Below are positions 24,576-37,097 of a DNA stretch of 55,296 nucleotides, piece by piece. Both the position numbers and the translations under genes were made by a program. The stretch is taken from assembly GCF_004010195.1 (NCBI RefSeq), contig NC_057755.1, positions 7,453,312 to 7,508,607 on the forward strand, given 5' to 3'. This DNA comes from Chiloscyllium plagiosum. Taxonomy: Eukaryota. The first letter of the stretch is position 1, and every line of letters begins with the position of its first letter. Under the pieces are notes generated by a model that did not search any database, had not been told where the DNA came from, and was given only the letters and a program-made list of their open reading frames with translations.

Positions 24576-25916
24576 GCTGAAAATGTGTTGATGGAAAAGC
24601 ACAGCAGGTCAGACAGCATCCAAGGAGCAGGCGAATCTCCGTTTCAGGCATGAGCCCTTCTTCAGGAATGAGGAAACTGTGCCCAGTAGGCTAAGATAAA
24701 AGGTAGGGAGGAGGGACTTGGGGAGGGACATTGGAAATGCGATAGGTGGAAGGAGATCAAGGTAAGGGTGATAGGCCAGAGTGGGGTTGGGGTAGGAGAA
24801 ATCAGGAAGAAGATTTCAGGTTAGGAAGGTGGTGCTGAGTTCGAGGGTTTGGACTGAGACAAGGTGGGGGGAGGAGAAATGAGGAAACTGGAGAAATCTG
24901 AGTTCATCCCTTGTCGTTGGAGGTTCCCTAGGCGGAAGATGAGGCGCTCTTCCGCCAACCGTCGTGTTGCTATGGTCTGGCGATGGAGGAGTCCAAGGAC
25001 CTGCATGCCCATGGTGGAGTGGGTGGAGGAGTTGAAGTGGGGTGGTTCAACGAACCCCACCACTAGGGATATATTTCCCTCCCCTCCCCTATCAGCGTTC
25101 CAAAAAGACCACTCCGTCTGTGACTCCCTCGCCAGGTCCACACATCCCACCAACCCAACCTCCACTCCCGGTACCTTCCCCTGCAACTGCAAGAAATGCA
25201 AAACTTGGGCCCACACCTCCCCCTCACTTCCCTCCAAGGCCCATGGGATCCTTCCATATCCGCCACAAATTCACCTGCACATCCACACACATCATTTACT
25301 GCATCCGCTGCACCCGATGTGGCCTCCTCTATATTGGGGAGACTGGCCGCCTACTTGTGGAGCATTTCAGAGAACACCTCTGGGACACCCGGACCAACCA
25401 ACCCAACACCCCATGGCTCAACACTTCAATTCCCCCTCCCACTCCACCAAGGACATGCAGGTCCTTGGACTCCTCCATCGCCAGACCATAGCAACACGAC
25501 GGTTTGAGGAAGAGCACCTCATCTTCCGCCTAGGAACCCTTCAACCACAAGGGATGAACTCAGATTTCTCCAGTTTCCTCATTTCCCCTCCCCCACCTTG
25601 TCTCAGTCCCAACCCTCGAACTCAGCACCACCTTCCTAACCTGCAATCTTCTTCCTGACTTCTCCGTCCCCACCCCCACTCCGGCCTATCACCCTCACCT
25701 TGATCTCCTTCCACCTATCGCATTTCCAATGTCCCTCCTCCAAGTCCCTCCTCCCTACCTTTTATCTTAGCCTGCTGGACGCACTTTCCTCATTCCTGAA
25801 AAAGGGCTTATGCCCGAAACCTCGATTCTCCTATTCCCTGGATGCTGCCTGACCTGCTGCGCTTTTCCAGCAACACATTCTCAGCTCTGATCTCCAGCAT
25901 CTGCAGTCCTCACTTT
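24576..25916 (+). mobile_element. Neptune-like PLE 3' portion (family A) with ~465-bp inverted terminal arms
   Basis: PCNCKKCKT and HIIYCIRCTRCGLLYIGETGR (GIY-YIG) in the centre; arms 24576-25039 and ~25422-25885 are reverse complements; flanks ctcttccagctggtc / ctcttccagatggcc (15 bp, 2 mismatches). Confidence 0.85.
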
Positions 25917-27490
25917 CTCTTCCAGATGGCCATAAATCCTATCCCTCAGAATCTTTTCTAACACCTTGTGGATGAATGTCGTGAGACTGACTGGTCTGCA
26001 ATTGTTGGGGATTCCCCTATTTCCTTTCTTGAAGAGAGGAATTACATTTGCCTCTCTCCAGTCCTTAGGTATGATTCCAGTAAAGAGCGAGGATGCAAAG
26101 ATCTTCACAAGCGGCGAAGCAATCACATTTCTCGCATCCCAAAGCAGCCGAGGACAAATCTGGTCTGACCCTGGCAACTTGTCAATCTTAACTTCTGTCA
26201 ACTCCTCAAACTCCTGAATCTCTATCTGTTCCAGCATGCTTACCTGCTCCTCAATGGTTTCATTCACTACAAGGTCCTTTTTTATTTAGTAAAGACAGAA
26301 GCAAAAAACTCATTTAGGGCTTTCCCTATCTCCTCATTCCTCTCATGAATTTTGTAGGTACCCTCTTCAACCTCTGTCTTTCTAATGAAAATAATCAGAA
26401 TCTACACAGTGTCTCTTCATAGATAGCACCCTCCATACCAGGCAACATCCTGGTGAACCTCCTTTGCACCCACTCCAAAGGATCCACATCCTTTTGGTAA
26501 TGTGGCGACCAGAACTGTACACAGTATTCCAAATGTGGTCAAACCAAAGTCTCATACAACTGTAATATGACCTGCTACCTCTTGTACTAAAATCACTGTC
26601 CGATGAAGGGATGCACTGTATGCCTTCTTGACCACTCTACTGACCTGATTTGCTCTGTTCAGGGAAAAATGGACCTGAACACCCAGATTTCTCTGTACAT
26701 CAATCTTCCCCAGGACGTTTCCATTTACTGTAAAGTTGCTTTTGAATTAAATCTTCCAAAATACATCACCTCGCATTTGCCCGGACACTCTGACAGATCC
26801 CTTCACAATCTGCTACTCCACCAACCTTAGTGACATCTGCAAACTTGCTAATCAGGGCACCTACACCTTCCTTCAAATCATTTATGTGTATCACAAACGA
26901 CAGTGCTGCCATAACGGATCCATTTTGAGAAACTCTCTTCCACTGCTACTATCTGTCTCCTGTTGCCGAGCAAGCTCTTGACTCGATGCAACATCACCTT
27001 TTCATCAGACTACCGTGGGGGGCCTTACCTAACACCTTACCAAAGGCCATGTATATGACATCTATAGCCCTTCCCTCATGAATTAACTTCGTCACTTCTT
27101 CTAAGAATTCTATTAGGTTGGTAAAGCATGACCTTCCCTGCACAAAGTCATCTTGCCTACCACTGATAAGCTCATTTTCTTCCAAATGGGAATAGATACT
27201 ATCCTTCAGTATCTTCTCCAGCAGCTTTCCTACCACTGATATCAGCCTCACCGGTCTATAATTACCTGCATTATCCCTGCTACACTTCTCAAACAAGGGG
27301 ACAACATCAGGAGATTGGCTGCACAGTGGCTCAGTGGTTAGCACTGCAGCCTCACAGCATCAGAATCCCAGGTTCGATTCCAACCTCAGGGGACTGTCTG
27401 TGTGGAGTTTACACGTTCTCCCTGTGTCTGCGTGGGTTCCCGCCCACAGTCCAAAATGTGCTGGTCTGGTGAATTGGCCATGGTAAATTG

Positions 27491-27994
27491 GTTGTCCTGG
27501 TTGGGTCCAAGTTTTGTTGATCGGAACGTAGTCCGGAGTCTGTGCGGGATAAGTCGGTTCTGTAGGCAGGTGCTGAGGAAGGAGATGTGGTTGTGGTAGC
27601 GAGTCTGTTTGAGAATGTGGCTGAAGAGCTTCTGTGCAGAGGAGATGACCTGGGGGGTGCAGTGAGACAGGGACTCACTGAAACCTATGTAGAGGGAGAA
27701 AGAGAGCTTCTTCAAGGAAGGCATCCTTGTAAGATAATTCGCAGTAGGTTGAAATTTTGAGGAGAAAGTGAGGTCTGCAGATGCTGGAGATCAGCGATGG
27801 AAATGTGTTGCTGGAAAAGCGCTTCAGGTCAGGCAGCATCTAGGGAACAGGAGAATCTTCAGGGCATTCCTGAAGAAGGGCTAATGCCGGAAACGTCGAT
27901 TCTCCTGTTCCCTAGATGCTGCCTGACCTGCTGCGCTTTTCCAGCAACACATTTACATCTCTGATCTCCAGCATCTGCAGACCTCACTTTCTCC
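27491..27994. mobile_element. PLE family A insert: minus-strand terminus plus ORF start, joined to an inverted terminus with a hammerhead
   Basis: 13-bp TSD at 27478-27490 and 27995-28007; 97-bp inverted arms 27761-27857 and 27898-27994; minus ORF with HISFLSTCLQNRLIP. Confidence 0.85.
27866..27901 (+). ncRNA. Minimal hammerhead motif (family A)
   Basis: attc CTGAAGA a gggc taat gccg GAAA cg TC gatt; one mismatch each in stems I and II. Confidence 0.6.
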
Positions 27995-28853
27995 CCATGG
28001 TAAATTGCCCACAGTGTTAGGTATATTAGTCAGAGGGAAATGGGTCTTGGTGGGTTGTGCTTCTGAGGGTCGGTGTGGATTGGTTGGGCTGAAGGGCCTG
28101 TTTCCACACTGTAAGGAATCTAATCCAGTCCTGTGGGACCTGCCCTGTGTTTAAGTATGCAGCAAATATATCTGTTAAGGCCCCAGCTATTTCTTCTCTC
28201 ACTTCCCTTAGTAACCTGGGATAGATCCCACTGGGACCTGGGGACATGTCCACCTTAATGCCTTTTAGAATACCTAACACCTCCCCCCTCCTTTTGCTGA
28301 CTTGACCTACAGTAATCAAATATCTGTCACTATCCTCAACATCCCTCATGTCCCTCGCCTCGGTGAACACCGATACAAAGTACTCATTAAGACTCTCACC
28401 CATTTTCTCTGACTCCACAAATAACTTTTCTCCTTTGTCCTTCAGTGGACCAACTCTTTCTCTACTTCCTCTTGCTCCTTATATATGAATCAAAGGCTTT
28501 GGGCTTTTCATTAACCCGGTTTGCTAAAGATACCTCATGCCCCCTTTTATCCCTCTTAGTTTCACGTTTCAGAATGGTCCGACATTCCTGACATTCTTCA
28601 GAAGCTTCGTCTGTCTTCACTGGCCTAAATCTTATGCATGCCTCCCTTTTCCTCTTTGCTAGTCTCACAATGTCACCTGTCATCCATGGTCCCTAATCTT
28701 GCAATTTCTATTCCTCATTTTCACAGGAACATGTCTCTCCTGAACTCTAATCAACCTCTCTTTAAAAGCAATAACAGAAATTGCTGGAAAAGCTTCACAA
28801 GTCCGTCAGCATCTATGGAGAGAAATCAGGTTTAATGTTTGGAGTTGGGAATC

Positions 28854-28865
28854 CAAGATGGCGGC
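28854..28865 (+). promoter_or_regulatory. YY1-type motif at the L1 5' end
   Basis: caagatggcggc 6 bp inside the element start, positioned like the YY1 site of mammalian L1 promoters. Confidence 0.6.
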
Positions 28866-31800
28866 GACCCAGCAAGTCTGAGTCGACAGTGCTCCTCCCA
28901 AGACTTGGGTAAAGTGGGTCGCCCACCCCCCATCACACTCACCAAATCATTTATAATAGTTGTTTAATTTAATTAGTTGCTTAATATTAAACTTAAACAA
29001 TCGAATCTTTAATTAAAATGACAAAAGGGAAGGGAGCCCGCAGCTCTCAGTAGGCAGAACCCCGCTCCTCCACCCTCTCCAGCGGCAGCAGAGGCGTCCA
29101 CAGCCGCCGCGGGGGACTTACATACAGTGACAAGCTTTGCGGAAATGATCTCCAAGCTGGACGCAAAGATCGACGCGTTTATCGAGGAGTCCCGAAATCG
29201 ATGCGACTCACTCTCGGCCGCGCTGCAGAAGCATGACTGAGACATCCAAGAAATCGAGGGCCGAGTCGGTGGGGCGGAGTTAAAGGCCGCGACCTCCGAA
29301 ACTACAGCACAATCGGCCGTGGATCAGGTACGGACTCTCGAGCAGCGAGTCCGGACCTTGGAAAATCATATTGAGACCTCGATAATCGAGGTCGTCGAAA
29401 AAATATTCGTTTGCTGGGTCTTCCCGAACGGGAAGAGGAAGGCCAGCTTACAGCGTTTCTCGACTAGTGGCTGCCACAGCGTTTAAATCTGGAGGCTGGA
29501 TCAGGGCAGGTAAGGGTGAAATGGGCCTACCGGGTCGCAATACGTGGGCCCGGCTCGAACCAGCGCCCACACCCGGTCCTGTTCCAGCTGCAGAGCTACA
29601 GGGAAAGGCAGATACTCCTAGAAGCCTCTAGAAATCTCGGAAAAGACCCCCACGCTATGATCTACAAAGGATCTAAGATCATGCTATTCCAGGACTTTTC
29701 CCCGGCTCTGGTTCGAAAGAGGGAGGCATTCGACGAGGCGAAGAAGCGTTTAAGGGACTTAAATATTCAGTACTCCTTACGCTACCCAGCGACGCTACGC
29801 TTTAACCATGAAGGATCCGTGAATAACTTCGGATCACCAGAAAAGGCTAAGGAATTCTTGGACCCTCTTAGATAAACTGTAAGACATAATGCATGTTGGT
29901 TTTCCTTTCCCCCCACTTTGGTTTATATCCCCCCCTTTATTTTCTCCTACCTTACTGTTTAATATTATCATGGGGGTTGGGGAGAGGGATTTGATTTTAT
30001 CCCCTCCTTGGGGTTGTTTTCTTTTATTATTTTATATATATATGAGGGATGTGTGTATATGTGTGTATGTATGTATGTATATCTATATAAAAGCTGGGGG
30101 GTTTGGTTAATGTTGGATAGGGTTTCCCCTCCCGAGGGGTCTCGGATTGGCCCAGAGGATTATGGTTGATCAGTCGGTTACGTGGTGCACCTGGAATGTC
30201 AAGGGGAGTAATTCGCCAGTCAAAACGAAGAAAATATTATCAAATCTTAAGAAGGAAAGAGTTGATATAGCTCTCCTACAGGAGACACAGCTGCTGGATA
30301 AAGAACACTTGAAATTACAACAAGGTGGATTTCATCAAACCTTTTTTTCTTCTTTAATATCAAAACGGAGGGGAGTTGTTATTCTTGTTCGAAAGAATTT
30401 CCCTTTCAAAATCCTAAAGCAGATAAAAGACGAATCTGGACGATATATCTTGATTAAAGCCCTCATAAATGGAGAGGGATATGGGATTTTAAATTTGTAC
30501 TGCCCCCCGGCACACCCCTTTAAATTTATAACGGAAGCCTTTTCAAAATTGATGGCTTTTGATGCCCCGTCATATAATGATAGGGGAGACTTTAATTGTA
30601 TTATGGATCCGGAAATAGATAGGATTCCCAAGAGTACTGCAGGAGTATCTCCCAGATCTAGATGGATCTGAACAAAGAATTAGGATTAGTAGATGTATGG
30701 AGAAGCCAGAGATTTTTCTTTCTACTCTAATCCACATAAATGTCATACCAGAATTGATATGTTTTTGCCCCCTCGATTTTTCTAAATTCCATATCATCCT
30801 GTAAAATAGGTAGTATAGCAATTTCTGACCACGCTGCTATATATATGGAAACTAAGGCGAGGAACAATGGGACATCCCCTCGGCATTGGCGTATGGACCC
30901 CTTCCTAATGAAAGATAGTAAATTTGTAAAGTACTTCTCTCAAGAATTTAAAACTGTTTTTAGAAATTAATTCAGGTACAGCTAGCAACCCATCAATGAT
31001 GTGGGAGACCATCAAAGCTTACACGCGAGGTTTGATCATCTCCTACCCAGCGACCCAGAAGAAATTGAAGGGAGAACAACAGCGTCTGCTTGAAGCTCGC
31101 TTAAAAGCAGCTGAAACATCATACACTGATAGACCTTCTATTATTGAAGTGCAAAGGATTACAGCTCTTAGGATAGCTCTAAACACTACGCTTACTCAAA
31201 CGACTAAGAGGGAAATATTATTTGCAAAACAAAGGTTATATGAATATGGCGACAAACCGAGTAGGTACTTAGCATTTCTTGCAAGGAAAAAAAAAGACCC
31301 CTCAGACTATTACGTCTATCAAGGAAAGTACGGGTATTTTGACTCATGATCATAAAAAGATTAATGCGATCTTTAGGGAATTTTATTCTCAGTTATATAA
31401 ATCGCAGGATTGTGAAGATAGGATGAGGAGGATGCCTTCATTTTTTAAAAAAATTACCTTTCCAGACCAAATTCCGGAACAAGAATCGGTCCTAAATGCT
31501 CCTCTTACACTCCAAGAAATACTTGATGTAATTAGGCAACTTCAGAGTGGTAAGGTACCTGGCCCAGATGGTTTTCAAGCTGAATTCTATAAAGAATTCA
31601 CAGAAATATTGGCTGGTGCACTTATGGATAGGTATAACTATGCATATAGTCAGGGCTGTCTCCCGTCTTCGCTGAAAGAGGCAAATATCTCTCTTATCCT
31701 TAAAAAAGGAAAGGACCCAGAAGATTGTACATCATATAGACCAATATCCTTGCTAAAGGTAGATCTTAAAATCCTTTCTGAAACGTTAGCATTGAGACTA

Positions 31801-32602
31801 GAAAGGATACTGCCACATATTATAAAGGAAGATTTGACGGGGTATATTAAGGGGGGTAGATAATCCAATAATATTAGAAGCGTTTTGAATATGATTCAAG
31901 CCTGTCATCAGGGAAAGATACCAGGAGTAGTAGTTTCATTAGACGCGGAAAAGGCATTTGATAGGGTTGAATGGCCATATTTGTTATACACATTGGAAAG
32001 GTTTGGCGTTGGATAGGCGTTTACCAAATGGGTCTCAACATTGTATAGTGATCCCAAAGCAGTTGTGGTTACCAATGGATTAGGTTCGGATAGCTTCAGT
32101 GTGGGTAGGGGCTGCCGTCAGGGATGTCCCCTCTCGCCATTGTTATTTACTCTAATAATTGAGCCACTAGCAGAAGCTATACGAGCTGATCCTAATATAA
32201 CGGCCCCGAGGATTGGTACAGGTAAACATAAAATTACCCTTTATGCAGATGATGTTCTTCTATTCCTCAGTAATCCTCTGATGTCCGTACCTCATCAAAT
32301 CCAAGTTATTAATATATTTAGCGCATTCTCAGGCTATAAAATTAATTTACAAAATCGGAGGCTATGCCAATGCATGGCCTTACTATGACACCCCACTTAG
32401 TGGACGGATCCCTTTTTCCCTTTCGCTGGTCCCTGAAGGGCTTCTTATATTTAGGCATTTTATTACTCCAGTATTTGGTCAGTTGAATAAGGCTAATTTT
32501 GTGCATTTACTGGAAAGGATAAGGCAGGACCTCCAGCGATGGGGAGACCTTCCAATTTCCTGGTTGGTAGAATAGCCACTAATTAAAATGAATGTCCTGC
32601 CC

Positions 32603-33554
32603 NNNNNNNNNNNNNNNNNNNNNNNNNNNNNNNNNNNNNNNNNNNNNNNNNNNNNNNNNNNNNNNNNNNNNNNNNNNNNNNNNNNNNNNNNNNNNNNNNN
32701 NNNNNNNNNNNNNNNNNNNNNNNNNNNNNNNNNNNNNNNNNNNNNNNNNNNNNNNNNNNNNNNNNNNNNNNNNNNNNNNNNNNNNNNNNNNNNNNNNNNN
32801 NNNNNNNNNNNNNNNNNNNNNNNNNNNNNNNNNNNNNNNNNNNNNNNNNNNNNNNNNNNNNNNNNNNNNNNNNNNNNNNNNNNNNNNNNNNNNNNNNNNN
32901 NNNNNNNNNNNNNNNNNNNNNNNNNNNNNNNNNNNNNNNNNNNNNNNNNNNNNNNNNNNNNNNNNNNNNNNNNNNNNNNNNNNNNNNNNNNNNNNNNNNN
33001 NNNNNNNNNNNNNNNNNNNNNNNNNNNNNNNNNNNNNNNNNNNNNNNNNNNNNNNNNNNNNNNNNNNNNNNNNNNNNNNNNNNNNNNNNNNNNNNNNNNN
33101 NNNNNNNNNNNNNNNNNNNNNNNNNNNNNNNNNNNNNNNNNNNNNNNNNNNNNNNNNNNNNNNNNNNNNNNNNNNNNNNNNNNNNNNNNNNNNNNNNNNN
33201 NNNNNNNNNNNNNNNNNNNNNNNNNNNNNNNNNNNNNNNNNNNNNNNNNNNNNNNNNNNNNNNNNNNNNNNNNNNNNNNNNNNNNNNNNNNNNNNNNNNN
33301 NNNNNNNNNNNNNNNNNNNNNNNNNNNNNNNNNNNNNNNNNNNNNNNNNNNNNNNNNNNNNNNNNNNNNNNNNNNNNNNNNNNNNNNNNNNNNNNNNNNN
33401 NNNNNNNNNNNNNNNNNNNNNNNNNNNNNNNNNNNNNNNNNNNNNNNNNNNNNNNNNNNNNNNNNNNNNNNNNNNNNNNNNNNNNNNNNNNNNNNNNNNN
33501 NNNNNNNNNNNNNNNNNNNNNNNNNNNNNNNNNNNNNNNNNNNNNNNNNNNNNN
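32603..33554. other. Assembly gap within L1 ORF2
   Basis: Run of n; the two flanks overlap in sequence. Confidence 1.
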
Positions 33555-36192
33555 ATAGCTTCAGTGTGGGTAGTGGCTGCCGTCAGGGATGTCCCCTCTC
33601 GCCATTGTTATTTATGCTAATAATTGAACCACTAGCAGAAGCAGTACGAGCTGATCCTAATATAGTGGCCCCAAGGATTGGTACAGGTAAACATAAAATT
33701 ACCCTTTATGCAGATGATGTTCTTCTATTCCTCAGTAATCCTTTGATGTCCATACCTCGCTTAATCCAAGTTATTAATACATTTAGTGCATTCTCAGGCT
33801 ATAAAATTAATTTTTCAAAATCGGAGGCTATGCCAATGGGTGGCCTTGCTGTGATACCCCGCTTAGCGGACGGTTCCCTTTTTCCCTTTCGCTGGTCCCT
33901 GGAGGGTTTCTTATATTTAGGCATTTTTATTACTCCAGTATTTGGTCAGTTGTATAAGGCTAATTTTGTGTATTTATTGGAAAGGATAAGGCAGGACCTC
34001 CAGCGATGGGGAGTCCTTCCAATTTCCTGGTTGGGTAGAATAGCACTAATCAAAATGAATGTCCTGCTCCGTCTCCTATATCCTATGAGAATGCTTCCGG
34101 TGATGCTGCCGAGGACGGTTTTATGTAAATTATATGGCTGGCTGAGTTCCTTTATCTGGAATCATAGGTGGCCCCTCATTAAGCTGAAGAAGCTACAGCT
34201 TCCACAGGCAAGGGGTGGATTGGACTTCCCAGACTTTAGGAAATATCAGTTAAGTTCCCTATTAAGTTACATCGCTGATTGGGTCTTGTCTGATCCACAA
34301 TCAATCTGGTTGGACATCGAGGCCTCTCAAGTAAAATACCCACTTATTAACCTTTTATTCTCAGACAAGAGGAAAATCATTACAGATCACTGTAAAAACC
34401 CTATAATACTAAATACAATTAAGGCATGGAATATAATGCGGCAAAATGAGGGTAACTCACATAAAACATCCCCCTATACACCGATAGTGGGAGCATGGGG
34501 ATTCCAACCGGGGTTTACAGATGCCACTTTTAAACTCTGGAGATCCAGGGGTACCTCATGTTAAGGGAATCTATTTAAAGATGGGGTCCTGATGTCTTTT
34601 GAACAGCTGCGTCAGAAATTCGGATTACCTAATGGAGACCTATTTCGATACTTCCAAATTCGAGATTATATACAGAAGAAGACTACGTTTAAAGATAGTC
34701 CTTATAAATCAGATAGAGAATGTAGTGTCCAACGACCAGTGGAGGTATCTTCCATCAGTACTATTTATCATTTACTACATGATGAAGTATCGGGAGATAT
34801 GGATAATCTGCTTAAAACATGGGATCAGGATTTGGAACTAGAAATCTCTATAGATATGAAATGATATTTGGGAAAATGCTAGAAGAATTACTATCTGTAA
34901 CAGAACCCAGGCTATCCAGCTGAAGATACTTCATAGGGCCCATGTAGCACCGGTCTGAGTGGCAAAATTTAAGGCAGGAGAATCTCCAATGTGTCCTAAA
35001 TGCAAAATAGAGGTGGGCACTCTTGTACATTGCCAATGGACCTGTCATAAGATTCGTAGATATTGGACTAAAGTAGCAAGTACCCTGACAGAAATTTTAG
35101 GAACAGAAAGTAAAGTGGATCCTGTATCTCTCCTTTTGGGCTTTTCGAACTTTCCCTCCCTGGACACGTACGGGAAGAGACTATTTTCTATTCTTTCTTT
35201 CTGTGCAAGGAAAAATATTTTGGTGAACTGGGTGGCTGAGGGCCCCCCTGGACTTTCAAATTGGCACAGATTAATTATGGAATGTATTCCCCCTTGAGTT
35301 CCTTACAAATATGGTGCACCGAAAGACCGAATTATTTTATAAAATATGGTAGCTTTTCTTGAATTACATAAATACAGATATTTCGGCTATCCTAACAAGG
35401 GCTTTTATTTAATTGAGATTACAAACCTGGCTTGTCCGGGGCCCCTCAGGGGAGGAATCCCGCACGAATATGGGTTTTATTACATCTGATGTTAACACAT
35501 TCCGAGCATGTAAAAGACTTAAATATAAACTCTGGTTATTTGTAGGTTAGATTAGTAGGTAGTTGAGTTTTGCTTTTTGTCTTCTTTTCCATTTTTTTTG
35601 TCTTTTGTTAAATTTTGGCTATTGTATACTTGAGTTAATTGTATATCAGTGTTTATATCTGAGAGTTTTGTTTATTTTTGTAAATTTGTAAAAATGTTAA
35701 ATTTCTAATAAAAATATCTATATAAAAATGTTTGGAGTTGAGTGACCCTTCAACTCATTTTCATTGCACAGTTTATTTTCCCACCGATGCCGTCAAACCG
35801 TCTGAGCTTTTCCAGAAATGTCTGTTTTTGTGTCTGATTTACAGCAAATGCAGATCTTTCAATTTCTACAAGATATAAACTTCAGATACTGAGGTCAAAC
35901 AGGGAAAGTAAATTTGCTATTCCTAGACTTTGTGACTCCTTCAGGGGAACAGGTTTATCGATTACTGTGGAGAGGCCAGATAAATTGAATGTGCTCTAGT
36001 TCGGAAAGCGACCATTGTGCATTGGATTGGAGTGGGATTGTTAAGGGTGGGCGGAGGAGGAGTGGGAGATGTGGTGATGATTTCCCCACAGTGGCTTACG
36101 GTGATTTGGAGATGCTGGTGTTGGAATGGGGTGTATCAAGTTAAAAATTACACAATACCAGGTTAGAGTCCAACAGGTTTAATTGGAAGCAA

Positions 36193-36225
36193 ACTAGCTT
36201 TCGGAGCGTCGTTCCTTCATCAGGT
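36193..36225 (-). ncRNA. Minimal hammerhead motif (family C)
   Basis: Minus strand ac CTGATGA a ggaac gac gctcc GAAA gc TA gt; palindromic AGCU stem III; short stem I. Confidence 0.6.
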
Positions 36226-36488
36226 GGTTGTGGAGGACACAGTTGTAAGACACAGAATTTACAGCAAAAATGTACAGTGTGAAGTAACTGAAATTGAAAA
36301 TACATTGATTGTTTGTTGAGTCTTTCATCTGTCAGAACACCATGATAGTTTAATTTCTTTCATCTGTAAATCAGGAAACTGTTTTTTTAAAGGTTACGTT
36401 CTCAGGTTAAATGTAACAATTGGTGTCAGACAGATAATATGTTGAAGGTGGCCCCCTGTGTTCCCTGTCTGTGCCATAATGTTTAGAT

Positions 36489-36670
36489 NNNNNNNNNNNN
36501 NNNNNNNNNNNNNNNNNNNNNNNNNNNNNNNNNNNNNNNNNNNNNNNNNNNNNNNNNNNNNNNNNNNNNNNNNNNNNNNNNNNNNNNNNNNNNNNNNNNN
36601 NNNNNNNNNNNNNNNNNNNNNNNNNNNNNNNNNNNNNNNNNNNNNNNNNNNNNNNNNNNNNNNNNNNNNN
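36489..36670. other. Assembly gap
   Basis: Run of n. Confidence 1.
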
Positions 36671-37097
36671 GTGTGAGTGTAAAGTCGTCTAAGTCTGTGA
36701 GGGGATGCTGTGGGAGTATGTGTGTGTGTAGGAGTGTGCGCAAGTGTTTATGTGCATGTCTGTATACATGTGTGTATGTGTGTGTGTGTGTCTGTCTGTC
36801 TGTCTGTGTGTCTGTCTGTCTATCTGTCTGTCTGGGGTGGGAGATTGTGAGACTGAGAAAAAGTGCATATGTGTGTGTATGTGAGTGTAGAGTGTCCAGC
36901 TCTGTGAGAGGGTGCATGTGTTTGTTTGTAGGAATGTGTGTGTGTGAGACGGGTGTAATGGATTGTAAGTGTCAGTGAAAGAGAGTATATACGTGTGTAA
37001 AGTGGTCTAAGTCTGTGAGAGGATGCATGTGGGAGTGTGTGTGCCTGTAGGAGGATGTGCGAGTGTTTGTTTGCGAGTGATTGTGTGTGTGTGTGTA
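36671..37097 (+). repeat. Degenerate (GT)n/(GTCT)n satellite inside the PLE 3' region
   Basis: gtgtgt and tctgtctg tracts with a recurring gtctaagtctgtgag..ggatgc unit. Confidence 0.85.

Larger units (their letters stand above)
27317..28126 (+). mobile_element. HE1-type SINE interrupted by a PLE insert
   Basis: Head 27317-27490 and tail 28008-28126 join across the duplicated ccatggtaaattg. Confidence 0.85.
22940..28765 (-). mobile_element. Nest of several CR1 LINE fragments
   Basis: 3' tails at ~22940 and ~23291; [30 protein letters not shown] motifs; interrupted by PLE and SINE inserts. Confidence 0.82.
28848..35726 (+). mobile_element. Full-length L1-clade LINE, disabled (ORF1 ~29018-29875; ORF2 ~30162-35412)
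   Basis: 14-bp TSD aatgtttggagttg at 28834-28847 and 35727-35740. ORF1 NRGRRKNIRLLGLPE..FQDFS..LRYPA. ORF2 TWNVKG, LLQET, PGPDGF, YRPISLL, GCRQGCPLSPLLF, LYADD, CPKC..HCQWTC. aataaa near 35707. Internal stops and frameshifts. Confidence 0.93.

Noticed and set aside
24864..25658. 264-aa ORF as a host gene
   Set aside because: Spans the inversion junction of a PLE insert; a chimeric antisense and sense frame.
27761..27994. pre-miRNA or DNA-transposon MITE
   Set aside because: The arms are PLE terminal sequence; TSD length and junctions vary among copies.
32588..34564. 658-aa ORF and other X-rich ORFs at 8491-9252, 36458-36917, 47602-48241 and 49282-49539
   Set aside because: Artefacts of translating N gaps.
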